The translations under genes and the position numbers were made by a program. DNA of 64,000 nucleotides from an uncultured Acidobacteriota bacterium (GTDB taxonomy: Bacteria; Acidobacteriota; Thermoanaerobaculia; UBA5066; Gp7-AA6): NCBI GenBank assembly GCA_963764715.1, contig CAVXTP010000017.1, positions 1 to 64,000 on the forward strand, given 5' to 3'. A model generated the notes under the pieces. That model saw only the letters and a program-made list of their open reading frames with translations. It searched no databases and was not told where the DNA came from. Below, piece after piece: positions 17,181 to 26,208 of this stretch; position 1 is the stretch's first letter, and each line of letters starts with the position of its first letter.

Positions 17181-17603
17181 CTACCCGTCGAACCCGACCT
17201 TCTCGTGCGTGTTGTCGCAGTACGGCTTGTTCTCCGAGGCGCCGCAGCGGCAGAGGGCGTAGCGGTGGCCGGCGTCCGGCCGGGCGGTGCCCGACGGCGA
17301 CGGATCGACGAGGGGCATGCGGCCGCGGACGTAGATGGGGCCGTTCTTCTCGATGGAGATCGTGACCTCCGCCGGGACCGCCTCGGCGAGGCCGCCGTCG
17401 CGGCGCTCGTAGCGGAGCGCCCCGGTCGGGCAGCGGGCGACGACGTCGGCGATCCGGCCGGCGTCGGCGTTTTCGGGCCGGACCCACGGTCTCGCGTTCG
17501 GATCGAAGACCTCGGGCGCGCCCTCGACGCATCGCGCCGCGTGGATGCAGCGGCGCGGGTCGAAGCTGACGGCGATCCCGTCCGCCGCGTAGGTCTTCCT
17601 CAC
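17181..17603 (-). CDS. Divergent 4Fe-4S (Fer4_19-like) plus CDGSH iron-sulfur protein
   Basis: RCIHAARCV...CPTGAL and LCRCGASENKPYCDNTH; GTG overlaps the NUDIX stop. Confidence 0.88.
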   Translation of the reverse strand: MRKTYAADGIAVSFDPRRCIHAARCVEGAPEVFDPNARPWVRPENADAGRIADVVARCPTGALRYERRDGGLAEAVPAEVTISIEKNGPIYVRGRMPLVDPSPSGTARPDAGHRYALCRCGASENKPYCDNTHEKVGFDG

Positions 17604-18178
17604 GCCCGCTCGCCCTTGAGGCTCGGCGCGAGCACGAGCCGCGCCTTCTCGAGCGCGCGCGTCAGCGACGCGTCGATGCCGGAGGCGAGGGCGTCCCCGA
17701 AGCTCATCCACTCCATGGGCCGCCCGGCGTCCTCGGCGGCGGCGCGGTCGAGCCCGGCCTCGGTCGTGAAGAGGTAGCGCACGTCGAAGTGGTGGTGCGC
17801 CGGCTCGTCTCCGCGCGCCGGGATGGGATGCACGTCGATGTCGAAGATCGCGCGGCCGAACGGCGCCTCGAGGGCCGCGATGCCGGTCTCCTCGCGCGCC
17901 TCGCGCAGCGCCGCGTCGAAGGCCGACGCGTCCTCGGGCTCCGTGTGCCCGCCGGGCTGCAGCCAGCGGCCGAGCTTGCGGTGATGGAGGAGCAGGAACG
18001 CCGACCCGTCCGGCCGCGCGACGAGCGCGCTCGCGGTGACGTGGCCCTCGGGGTTCTCGCGCGCGAACGGGTCGGCGGGCGCGGCGAGGAACCGGCGCAT
18101 CCAGGAAAGCGACGCGCCCTCGCGCGGGTCGCCGGGAACGTACTCCGCGAGGTCCGAGAGCAGGTCTTCGCGATTCAT
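17600..18178 (-). CDS. NUDIX hydrolase
   Basis: WLQPGGH...AALREAREETG Nudix box. Confidence 0.92.
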   Translation of the reverse strand: MNREDLLSDLAEYVPGDPREGASLSWMRRFLAAPADPFARENPEGHVTASALVARPDGSAFLLLHHRKLGRWLQPGGHTEPEDASAFDAALREAREETGIAALEAPFGRAIFDIDVHPIPARGDEPAHHHFDVRYLFTTEAGLDRAAAEDAGRPMEWMSFGDALASGIDASLTRALEKARLVLAPSLKGERA

Positions 18179-19341
18179 GTGGTCCTTTCGAGGACGAGGA
18201 CGGTCCAGTCGTCGGCGAGCACGGGGCCCGTGGCCTCCCGCACCGACTCGAGCAGTTTATCGACGGTGCGGGCGCCGGCGAGGAGGCGTTCGAAGCGCTC
18301 GTAGCCGAGCGGCTCGCCGTTCGCCGTCGGCGCCTCGGGAAGGCCGTCGGAGAGGAGCAGCAGCCGTTCTCCCGGGGCGAGCACGCCGCCCACCTTCTCG
18401 TAAGCGACTTCGCTCCGCACGCCCAGCGGAAAGCGCGGCCCCGAGGCCGAGATCGCGCGGGGCTCGCCGTTGCCGTCGAGGACGTACGGGTCGGGCAGTC
18501 CGGCGTTGGCGAGCTCGAAGGCGCCGGTCCCGGGGTCGTAGCGCGCGTAGGTCAGCGCCACGAACTCGCGCGCGTGGAGGCGCGGCTTCAACCGCCGGTT
18601 CGCTTCGCGGAGCGCCTCGTCGACCGACCGGTCCGCCGCGAGAAACGGGAGCGCCGCCTTGACGGTCGCCATGATGAGGCTCGCCCCCATGCCCTTGCCC
18701 GCGACGTCGGCGACGACGAGTCCGATCGCGCCGTCGGGAAGGAGGAAGACGTCGTAGAAGTCGCCGGCGACGAAGCGGGCCGGGAGGTTGCGCGCGGCGA
18801 TGCGGTAGCCGTCGCCCGAGAGCTCCTGCGGCGGAAGGATGCGCTGCTGGATCGAGCGCGCGAGCTCGATCTCCTTTTCTGCGAACTCGGCTTCCTTGAG
18901 GCGGTCGACGGAGCTCGCGAGGCGCGTCTTCAGAAGGTCGAACGAGTAGAAGAGGAGACCCACCAGAAGCCCGATCGTGCCGGCGACCGGGAAGTACGTG
19001 CGCAGCGCGGCGAACCCCATGCGGAAGTGCACCAGGCCGAGCGCCGAGGCCGCGCGGTTGGCGAGGAGCCATCCGATGACGCCGCCGACGAAGTACACCG
19101 CCCCGTGCGCGAGCCAGCCCGGGACCCGTGTCGAGGCGAGCCAGCCGCGGAGCAGGCGCGCGAGGCCGACGCAGCAGACGTACCCGAAGAGGCCGATGAA
19201 CGCGCCGTAGACGGCCGTCCCCGCGTGCAGGCCCGCGTTGTCGCCGACCGTGACGAGATAGACGATGCCGACGCCGACGGCGGCGGAGATGAGAAGGCCG
19301 CGGAGGTGCTCGAGGGCCTGCGACCGCGCGGTGTCTGCCAC
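18175..19341 (-). CDS. Membrane SpoIIE/RsbU-type PP2C phosphatase
   Basis: 4 hydrophobic segments, then ARSIQ, VAGDFYD, VADVAGKG, SDGLPEA and DDWT. Confidence 0.92.
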   Translation of the reverse strand: MADTARSQALEHLRGLLISAAVGVGIVYLVTVGDNAGLHAGTAVYGAFIGLFGYVCCVGLARLLRGWLASTRVPGWLAHGAVYFVGGVIGWLLANRAASALGLVHFRMGFAALRTYFPVAGTIGLLVGLLFYSFDLLKTRLASSVDRLKEAEFAEKEIELARSIQQRILPPQELSGDGYRIAARNLPARFVAGDFYDVFLLPDGAIGLVVADVAGKGMGASLIMATVKAALPFLAADRSVDEALREANRRLKPRLHAREFVALTYARYDPGTGAFELANAGLPDPYVLDGNGEPRAISASGPRFPLGVRSEVAYEKVGGVLAPGERLLLLSDGLPEAPTANGEPLGYERFERLLAGARTVDKLLESVREATGPVLADDWTVLVLERTT

Positions 19342-19369
19342 GCGTCGATCGTACAGCGGGCGGCGAGGG

Positions 19370-20776
19370 CTACGGGCGCGGCTCGAGGGCTCGCGTGTCC
19401 GCGTGGGGGCGGGGAACCGGCTGCGGAGCCCGCGCCGCGCCGGTCGCGGGGAACGAGGCGACGGATGCCGTCCCGGCGGTGCTGCCGTCGGTGGTCCAGA
19501 GGACCGAGCTGCCGTCCCCGAGCCTCTCGAAGAACATGACCTGGCCGGGAATCGGCGCGAATCCGTCGAGGACGGCGCCGGCCGGGAAGTCGCGGATCGC
19601 CTGGGTGCCGACGAGCGTGTCGTTGGTGACCCACAGCGTGGGCGCGCCGGACTGGTCGTCGTCCGTCGTGAAGAGAAGGCGGTCCCCCAGGGCGGACATC
19701 GGGTATCCGTTGCTCGAGCCCGGCCCGGGGACGAGGTCGAGGACCGAGCGGGTCGTGTCCGCCGTTCCCGCGCTGACCCAGAGCTCGGCCCCGTGGCCCG
19801 GCGAGGTCGCCGAGAAGTACACCCGGTCGCCGACGGCGAGCAGTCCCTGCTCGAGCCCCGAAGCGGGGCCCGGAAGGACGTCCCGGACGAGCGCCGTTCC
19901 CCCGGCGGTGCCGTCGGTCGCCCAGAGCTCGCGGCCCTGCACGCCGTCGTCGGCGACGAAGAATAGCCGGCCGCCGGCGACGGTGAAGTCCGTCGGGCCG
20001 ATCTTCGGGCAGCCGGTGGTGCAGATCGGCGGAACGCTTCCGGCGAAGGAGGCGAGCGTCTCGAGGCCCGCCTCGGTGCCGTCGGTGATCCAGAGTCGGT
20101 ACGGCAGGTCGGCGTAGGCGTTGCCGACGGAGACCATGGCGAGGAGATCGCCGAACGCCACCGGCGTCGGTCCGCTCGACGTCGAGATCGGCCCCAGCTC
20201 GAAGCTCGCGACCGTGCCGCCGAAGGTCCCGTCGGTCTGCCAGAGCGTCGCGTTGCGGGTGACGGTCACCCAGAAGAAGAGTCGGCCGCCCATGGGCGTC
20301 AGCGTCGAGGGCGCCTCGGCGTCGAGCCCGGCCGCGACGGTGCGGACGCGCTGCGTGCCTCCCGCCGTTCCGTCGCTCGACCAGACCTCGACGTCGTCGG
20401 CTCCTCCGCCCGGGAGCGTGAAGAGGACCTCGCCGCCGAGGGCAGCCACCGCCGACGGCGCACGCGACAGGTCGGCGACGTGGGTCACGGCGGATGCTTC
20501 GACGAACCAGAGCGCGCGGCCGACGAAGAAGTAGAGACGCGTGCCGGCGGCCGTGAGCCACGTGGGCGGCGCGCCGAAGTCGTGGAGCTTCACGGTGCCC
20601 GCGGGCACGCCGTCGCTTCGCCACAGTTGCCCGGGCCCCGACGCGGCGAAATAGACCGAGCCTTCGAAGGGGACGAGATCGCCGGCGGAGGCCGGCGCGG
20701 CGGCGGCGGTCGCTGTCGAGAGAAAGGACAGCGCCGGAATCAGATACCGAACGCCGGGAAAGCGAGCGGTTTTCAT
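19370..20776 (-). CDS. Secreted ELWxxDGT-repeat beta-propeller protein
   Basis: Signal peptide; repeats LWRSDG, VWSSDGT, LWQTDGT, ELWATDGT. Confidence 0.88.
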   Translation of the reverse strand: MKTARFPGVRYLIPALSFLSTATAAAAPASAGDLVPFEGSVYFAASGPGQLWRSDGVPAGTVKLHDFGAPPTWLTAAGTRLYFFVGRALWFVEASAVTHVADLSRAPSAVAALGGEVLFTLPGGGADDVEVWSSDGTAGGTQRVRTVAAGLDAEAPSTLTPMGGRLFFWVTVTRNATLWQTDGTFGGTVASFELGPISTSSGPTPVAFGDLLAMVSVGNAYADLPYRLWITDGTEAGLETLASFAGSVPPICTTGCPKIGPTDFTVAGGRLFFVADDGVQGRELWATDGTAGGTALVRDVLPGPASGLEQGLLAVGDRVYFSATSPGHGAELWVSAGTADTTRSVLDLVPGPGSSNGYPMSALGDRLLFTTDDDQSGAPTLWVTNDTLVGTQAIRDFPAGAVLDGFAPIPGQVMFFERLGDGSSVLWTTDGSTAGTASVASFPATGAARAPQPVPRPHADTRALEPRP

Positions 20777-20834
20777 TGTCGGAATCGCGCGGCGATCTTA
20801 TCAGCAATAATGCCGGCCGCGAGGTGAGGCGCTC

Positions 20835-21284
20835 ATGACGAACTCCGACGTCACGTCGATCGACGGAATCATCCGGGCCATGTACGAATCGATCTCCGGG
20901 AAGGCCGGCGAGCCGCGGCAGTGGGACCGCGATCGCGCGCTCCACCACCCGAAGGCGCTCCTGATCCCGGCCCGGCAGGCCTCGGGCGGGCCGTCGGCCG
21001 GCGTCTTCGACATGGACGGGTTCGTCGCGTCGCGCGGCCCGTTCCTCGAGGCGAACGACTTCTACGAGGTCGAGATCGGCCGGCGCGAGTTCCGGTTCGG
21101 CGCGATCGCGAACGTGCTGTCGTCGTACGAGGCGCGCACGGCGCCGGCGCCCGCCGGGAAGGTCCTGCGCAAGGGCGTCAACAGCATCCAGCTCATGCAC
21201 GACGGCGAGCGCTGGTGGATCATGTCGACCCTCTGGGACAACGAGCGCGACGGCGTCGCGCTGCCGAAGGACCTGGCGGGGTAG
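20835..21284 (+). CDS. Conserved hypothetical protein (NTF2-like)
   Basis: SIDGIIRAMYESISG...FYEVEI...GVNSIQL...RWWI pattern; GAGG RBS. Confidence 0.8.
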   Translation: MTNSDVTSIDGIIRAMYESISGKAGEPRQWDRDRALHHPKALLIPARQASGGPSAGVFDMDGFVASRGPFLEANDFYEVEIGRREFRFGAIANVLSSYEARTAPAPAGKVLRKGVNSIQLMHDGERWWIMSTLWDNERDGVALPKDLAG

Positions 21285-21297
21285 CTCGGAGCCCGCA

Positions 21298-21423
21298 GGG
21301 CGGTGATGAACCCCGCCTCTACGCCCTGGAGCCGGGAACGCACCTCGATACGGGCCCTCGGGTGTAGGGGCGGCCCTCGTGGCCGCCCGTTTCAAAGAGG
21401 GCGGGGATAAACCCCGCCCCTAC
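21298..21423. repeat. Cluster of three GTAG-type REPs between convergent genes
   Basis: gggcggtgatgaaccccgcctctac; gtaggggcggccctcgtggccgccc; gggcggggataaaccccgcccctac. Confidence 0.85.
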
Positions 21424-21462
21424 GCCCGGGGGCCAATCCGGGTCGTGGCCGCCCTGCGGAAT

Positions 21463-23112
21463 CTACCCCCGCGCCAGGCGCAGCTTCTCGCGCCCCAGCG
21501 CGACTGCCAGCGCCGCGAGCCCCCCGGCGAGGTACAGCCCGCTGACCGCGAGCGACGGCGCCTTGCCGAGCGCGCCGGTGAAGTCCGCTTCCGGTCCGCC
21601 CGACATCGCCATGTACCAGGCGACGACGTAGAGCCCGGTGAAGAGCTTGCCGCCCGACGTGAGCGACCCGAGGCCGGCGCACGTCGCGGCGACCGCGAGA
21701 AGGCCCGCCACGCAGGCGAGCCCCTTGACCGGCGACGCGGCGAGCCCGTGGATCGTCATCGGCGTGCCGAGCATCAGCACGACGAGCCCGAGCGCCGCGG
21801 ACTTCCAGAGGACCGGCGACCCCGGGACGCCCGGCTGCGAGAAGACGAGCGCTCGCGTGCCCGCCATGTCCTCGCGCGCCGCGGCCTCCGAGATGACCGG
21901 CACGAGCAGCACGAGGAAGATCCCCTGCGCGAGGTTGCCGGGCAGGAGCCCGGCGAGGATCGCCGCGAGCGCGAGCGGCCACTTGATCCACGACGCGCTC
22001 TCCCAGATCAGCCGCGCCTCGGCGAGCACCGCGCGCGCCGCCGTCGGCTCCGGATGCACCGCCGTCAACGGCCTCCTCATCGGGGTCAGGTCTTCATTTT
22101 TCGGATTTGTCAGCTCAGACGAAAAACCGAATTTTGAAGACCTGACCCCATCCTTGAGTCTTTGCTGCCAGCGAGTTACGAACGAGGGGGTCCTGCTACG
22201 GCGGCGGCCGCGCGCGGGGTCGAAGCGGTCGAAGAGGAGGACCGCGAGGCCGAGGGGGGCGAGGGCGAATAGGAGGTTGAGGCCGCGCATCGCGGCGAGC
22301 GACGGCGTGACCTCGATGCCGGGCCAGGGCACGCGTTCGAACGGCTTGCTGTGCCTGACGTGTCCGGAGGAAACGCCTTTGACGGACTCCGGCAGGGACC
22401 GGCGGACGAGGTACTGGTCCGTCGCAAGGCCGGTCGGGTCGAAGACGGGCTGGTGGATCATCTGCTTCGGCTTCGGCGCCGGATCGTCGACGTCCTCGCC
22501 CGCGAGATCGAGCGGGAGCTTGACGAGGCCGAAGAGGAAGACGAAGAACCAGATCACGAGGCCGCCCCGCCCGCGCAGGCCCGGCGTCACGTCGAAGAGC
22601 ACGGCGAAGGCGGCGACGACGGCGATCGCGGGGATTGCCGAGAGAAAGTACGGCAGCGCGAAGGCGACCGGCGAGAAGGGCCCCGCGCCGAAACGCACGA
22701 ACGCGACGAGCCCCGCGGCGAGGCCGAAGGTCGCGAGCACGAGCAGATACACGAAGTGCGCGGCGAGCTTGCCGCCGAGATACGCCGCCTTCGACAGCGG
22801 CGTCGCGGCGAGGATCGCCCCGACGCCCCGCTCGCGGTCGCGCCGCACGGACCCCGCGACGAGATAGAAGCCGCCCATGGCGAGGATGATCCCGGAGAGG
22901 ACCGAGACGGCGAAGCCGACGTAGGCCGCGCTGTAGACGGGCGCCTGCACGCGGCCGTCGGGGAGCTCCCACGAGAGCGACGTCGCGTTGCCCTTCGGGT
23001 CCGGGATCCAGAAGAACGCGGCCGCGACGAACGCCGCGACCGCGATCGGCGTCGCGAAGGAGCGCAGGCGCATCCGCACCTCGGCGCCGACCTGCGCCAG
23101 GAGCGGGTTCAT
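21463..23112 (-). CDS. ABC-2-type exporter permease-like membrane protein containing an in-frame TIR element
   Basis: Starts MNPLLAQVGAE overlapping the ATPase stop; VRRDRERGVGAILAATPLSKAAYLGGK; many hydrophobic segments. Confidence 0.82.
   Translation of the reverse strand: MNPLLAQVGAEVRMRLRSFATPIAVAAFVAAAFFWIPDPKGNATSLSWELPDGRVQAPVYSAAYVGFAVSVLSGIILAMGGFYLVAGSVRRDRERGVGAILAATPLSKAAYLGGKLAAHFVYLLVLATFGLAAGLVAFVRFGAGPFSPVAFALPYFLSAIPAIAVVAAFAVLFDVTPGLRGRGGLVIWFFVFLFGLVKLPLDLAGEDVDDPAPKPKQMIHQPVFDPTGLATDQYLVRRSLPESVKGVSSGHVRHSKPFERVPWPGIEVTPSLAAMRGLNLLFALAPLGLAVLLFDRFDPARGRRRSRTPSFVTRWQQRLKDGVRSSKFGFSSELTNPKNEDLTPMRRPLTAVHPEPTAARAVLAEARLIWESASWIKWPLALAAILAGLLPGNLAQGIFLVLLVPVISEAAAREDMAGTRALVFSQPGVPGSPVLWKSAALGLVVLMLGTPMTIHGLAASPVKGLACVAGLLAVAATCAGLGSLTSGGKLFTGLYVVAWYMAMSGGPEADFTGALGKAPSLAVSGLYLAGGLAALAVALGREKLRLARG
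22082..22149. repeat. TIR mini-element (68 bp) inside a CDS
   Basis: ggggtcaggtcttcatttttc-26 nt-gaattttgaagacctgacccc. Confidence 0.85.
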
Positions 23113-24032
23113 GAAGGACTCTCCGCGGGCTTCGCGGCCGGCCCCGCCTCGAGGTTCAACATCAGGTAGGCGTCCTCGAGGCTCGGCTCGATCGCCCGCG
23201 CCTGCGGCAGCGACGCGCCGTTGCCGTTCGAGACGTAGCGCACGTGGACGCCGTCGGCGCGGCGGATGAGGTTGGAGACGTGGACGCGCTGCTGCGCCTC
23301 GGGCAGGCGCTCCGACGGGACGACGGCGGTGAAGACGCGGCCCGTGGCCTTGCGCAAAAGCTCTTCCGGCGTCGACTGCGCGACGAGGCGGCCGTTTCGG
23401 ATCACGGCGATCTGCGACGCGACCGCTTCGACGTCGGAGACGATGTGCGTCGAGAGGATGACGATGCGTCCGTGCGCGATCTCGGAGAGGAGATTGCGGA
23501 AGCGCACGCGCTCCTCCGGGTCGAGGCCGACGGTCGGCTCGTCGACGATGACGAGCTTCGGATCGCCGAGCAGCGCCTGCGCGATGCCGACGCGCTGGCG
23601 CATGCCGCCCGAGTAGCCGCCGAGCCGCCGGTCCGCCGCGCCGTGGAGGTTCGTCAGCTCGAGGAGCTCCTGCACGCGCCGCGAGAGGTCGGCGCCGGAG
23701 AGCCCCTTCAGGCGGCCGAGGTAGAGGAGAAACTCGCGGGCCGTCAGCCGCTCGTAGACGCCGAAGTCCTGCGGCAGGTAGCCGAGTCGCCGGCGGAGCG
23801 GGAGTGGATCGGCGACGGCGTCCCGGCCCTCCCAGAAGAAGGTGCCGGAGGTCGGCTTGGTGACCGTCGCGAGGATCGACATCAGCGTCGTCTTCCCCGC
23901 GCCGTTGGGCCCGAGCAGCCCCAGCACCCCCTCGCCCGCCTCGAGCGAGAAGCCCGAAAGCCCCACCGTGCCGCCCGGATACCGCTTGCCCAGCGACCGT
24001 ATCGATAGCATCGCGTCTTCCCTCGGGCTCAC
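23109..24032 (-). CDS. ABC transporter ATP-binding protein
   Basis: GPNGAGKT, YSGGMRQ, VIVDEPT, STH. Confidence 0.95.
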   Translation of the reverse strand: MSPREDAMLSIRSLGKRYPGGTVGLSGFSLEAGEGVLGLLGPNGAGKTTLMSILATVTKPTSGTFFWEGRDAVADPLPLRRRLGYLPQDFGVYERLTAREFLLYLGRLKGLSGADLSRRVQELLELTNLHGAADRRLGGYSGGMRQRVGIAQALLGDPKLVIVDEPTVGLDPEERVRFRNLLSEIAHGRIVILSTHIVSDVEAVASQIAVIRNGRLVAQSTPEELLRKATGRVFTAVVPSERLPEAQQRVHVSNLIRRADGVHVRYVSNGNGASLPQARAIEPSLEDAYLMLNLEAGPAAKPAESPS

Positions 24033-24061
24033 AAACGCAGCCCCGTGCGGGGAGTTCCCTG

Positions 24062-24130
24062 GGGGTCAGGTCTTCATTTTTCAGCCGTCGCGAACAGGCA
24101 GCGAGAGCCGAAAAATGAAGACCTGACCCC
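24062..24130. repeat. TIR mini-element (69 bp)
   Basis: Perfect 21-bp TIRs around a 27-bp core, between divergent genes. Confidence 0.9.
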
Positions 24131-24213
24131 ATCGTCCCCATCGAACATTCTTAAGGCCCGCTGCGTATTAAGAGGTCGTGACTCGTGTTTTCTCCGCTTT
24201 AGGGGGGTTTCTC

Positions 24214-25431
24214 GTGAAAAAGAAGAAGTGGATCGCCATCGTGACGGTCGCCATCGTGGTCGGCGTCGTGGCGCTCGTGGCCGCCAAGGGCAAGGAAAAG
24301 GACCCGAAGGCCGAGAACTCGCCGTTCCGGCTGGGCAAGGTCCAGGCCGAAGACCTCCAGGTTTCCGTCCGCGAGGTCGGCGTCGTCGACCCGGTGACCA
24401 AGGTCGAGGTGAAGTCCGTCGTTTCGGGGCGCGTGCTCTCGCTCTCGGTCCGCGAGGGCGCGGTCGTCAAGTCGGGCGACGTGCTGGCGACGATCGAGCC
24501 GGACGTCAACCAGGCGCAGTCTCTCTCGGACGTCCAGGCGAGCGTGCGCGAGTTCGACCTCAAGCTGCAGGACGCCGAGCGCGAATACGCGATGCAGAAG
24601 GCGCTCTTCGACCAGGGCCTCGTCGGCCGCGACCCGTTTCGCGCGGCCGAGATCAAGCGCGACCAGGCCGCCGACAACCTGCGCGCCTCGAAAATGCGCT
24701 ACCAGATCGTCGAGGACCGGGGCATCCCGATCTCGGGCAACGCTTCGTCGCAGAACGCGCGGGTGACGTCCCCGATGTCCGGCGTCGTCATCAAGCGGGG
24801 CGTCGAGCTCGGCGAGACCGTGACCTCGGGCGTCTCCTCCTTCAATGCCGGGACCGTGCTCTTCACGGTGGCGGACCTGAAGTCGCTCATCATCCGCGTC
24901 AACCTGAACGAGGTCGACATCGCCAAGGTCCACGTCGGCCAGCCCGTGCGCATCTCCCTCGACGCGTACCCGCAGAAGGTCTTCACGGGCAAGGTCAGCT
25001 TCGTCGCGCCGTCGGCGGAGCTCGTGGAGAAGATCAAGGTGTTCAAGGTCGAGGTCACGCTCGACGAGCTCGGCGACTCGTTCCGGACCGGCATGAGCGC
25101 CAACGTCGAGATCCTCGGCGAGAAGCGCGACAAGGCGACGTCGATCCCCCTCGAGGCGCTGCAGAAGCGCGACGGCCAGACCGTCGCGTACCGCCTCAAG
25201 AGCAACCTGACGCCGAAGCAGCTTTCGGCGGCCAAGGAAGGGCTCTCCGGACGCAACAAGTTCATCTGGCTCTCGGACCACTGGAAGGACTACTTCGAGG
25301 TCGTTCCCGTCCAGGCCGGCATCGCGACCCTCGAGCGCGTCGAGATCGTCGCCGGGCTGAAGTCCGGCCAGGAAGTCAGCCTCGAGGACCCGACGAAGAA
25401 GCGCGTCGAGAAGGACGAGGAAGACAACTAG
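24214..25431 (+). CDS. MacA-like periplasmic adaptor (membrane fusion protein)
   Basis: N-terminal anchor; VEVKSVVSGRV, VTSPMSGVV, LNEVDIAKV and FRTGMSANV motifs. Confidence 0.92.
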   Translation: MKKKKWIAIVTVAIVVGVVALVAAKGKEKDPKAENSPFRLGKVQAEDLQVSVREVGVVDPVTKVEVKSVVSGRVLSLSVREGAVVKSGDVLATIEPDVNQAQSLSDVQASVREFDLKLQDAEREYAMQKALFDQGLVGRDPFRAAEIKRDQAADNLRASKMRYQIVEDRGIPISGNASSQNARVTSPMSGVVIKRGVELGETVTSGVSSFNAGTVLFTVADLKSLIIRVNLNEVDIAKVHVGQPVRISLDAYPQKVFTGKVSFVAPSAELVEKIKVFKVEVTLDELGDSFRTGMSANVEILGEKRDKATSIPLEALQKRDGQTVAYRLKSNLTPKQLSAAKEGLSGRNKFIWLSDHWKDYFEVVPVQAGIATLERVEIVAGLKSGQEVSLEDPTKKRVEKDEEDN

Positions 25432-25441
25432 ACGGAGTGGC

Positions 25442-25500
25442 GTGGGGCGGGGCTCGTCCCCGCCCTCCCCGAGAAGGGCGGCCACGAGGGCCGCCCCTAC
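25442..25500. repeat. REP doublet inside an operon
   Basis: gtggggcggggctcgtccccgccc...gggcggccacgagggccgcccctac. Confidence 0.85.
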
Positions 25501-25524
25501 GACCCGAGCCCGGAGGGATCATCA

Positions 25525-26208
25525 ATGTCGGCGATCATTCAAACCCACGGCCTGACGAAGGTCTTCGGCTCCAACGGCGCCGCGGTCCACGCCCTGCGGG
25601 GCGTCGACATGGCGGTCGAGCGCGGAGAGTTCGTGGCGTTGATCGGGCCTTCGGGCTCGGGCAAGTCGACGCTCATGGCGATCCTCGGTTGCCTCGACAA
25701 GCCGACGGCCGGGACCTATGCGCTCGACGGGTCGCAGGTCGAGGGGCTCTCGGGCCGCGAGCTCGCCGAGATCCGCAACGAGAAGGTCGGGTTCGTCTTC
25801 CAGCAGTACAACCTGCTTCCCAAGGCCTCGGTCGTCCGCAACGTCGAGCTCCCGATGCTCTACGCCGGCGTGCCCCGCAAGGAGCGGCGGGCGCGGGCCC
25901 TCGAGCTCCTCGAGAAGGTCGGCATCCCGGACAAGGCGAAGGTCCTTCCCGGGGCCCTCTCGGGCGGCCAGCGGCAGCGCGTCGCCGTCGCGCGGGCGCT
26001 CGCCAACCGGCCGGCGCTCCTCCTGGCGGACGAGCCGACCGGGGCGCTCGATTCGAAGACCGGCCACGAGGTCCTGGAGCTCTTCGTCGACATCCACCGC
26101 CAGGGCAACACCATCATCATCGTCACGCACGACCTCCAGATCGCCGCCATGGCCCAGCGCCAGGTCGAGATCCACGACGGGCTGATCAAGGTCGCCGAGG
26201 CGGCGTGA
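25525..26208 (+). CDS. MacB/LolD-type ABC ATPase
   Basis: GPSGSGKST, LSGGQRQRVA, LLADEPTGALD, VTHD. Confidence 0.95.
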   Translation: MSAIIQTHGLTKVFGSNGAAVHALRGVDMAVERGEFVALIGPSGSGKSTLMAILGCLDKPTAGTYALDGSQVEGLSGRELAEIRNEKVGFVFQQYNLLPKASVVRNVELPMLYAGVPRKERRARALELLEKVGIPDKAKVLPGALSGGQRQRVAVARALANRPALLLADEPTGALDSKTGHEVLELFVDIHRQGNTIIIVTHDLQIAAMAQRQVEIHDGLIKVAEAA

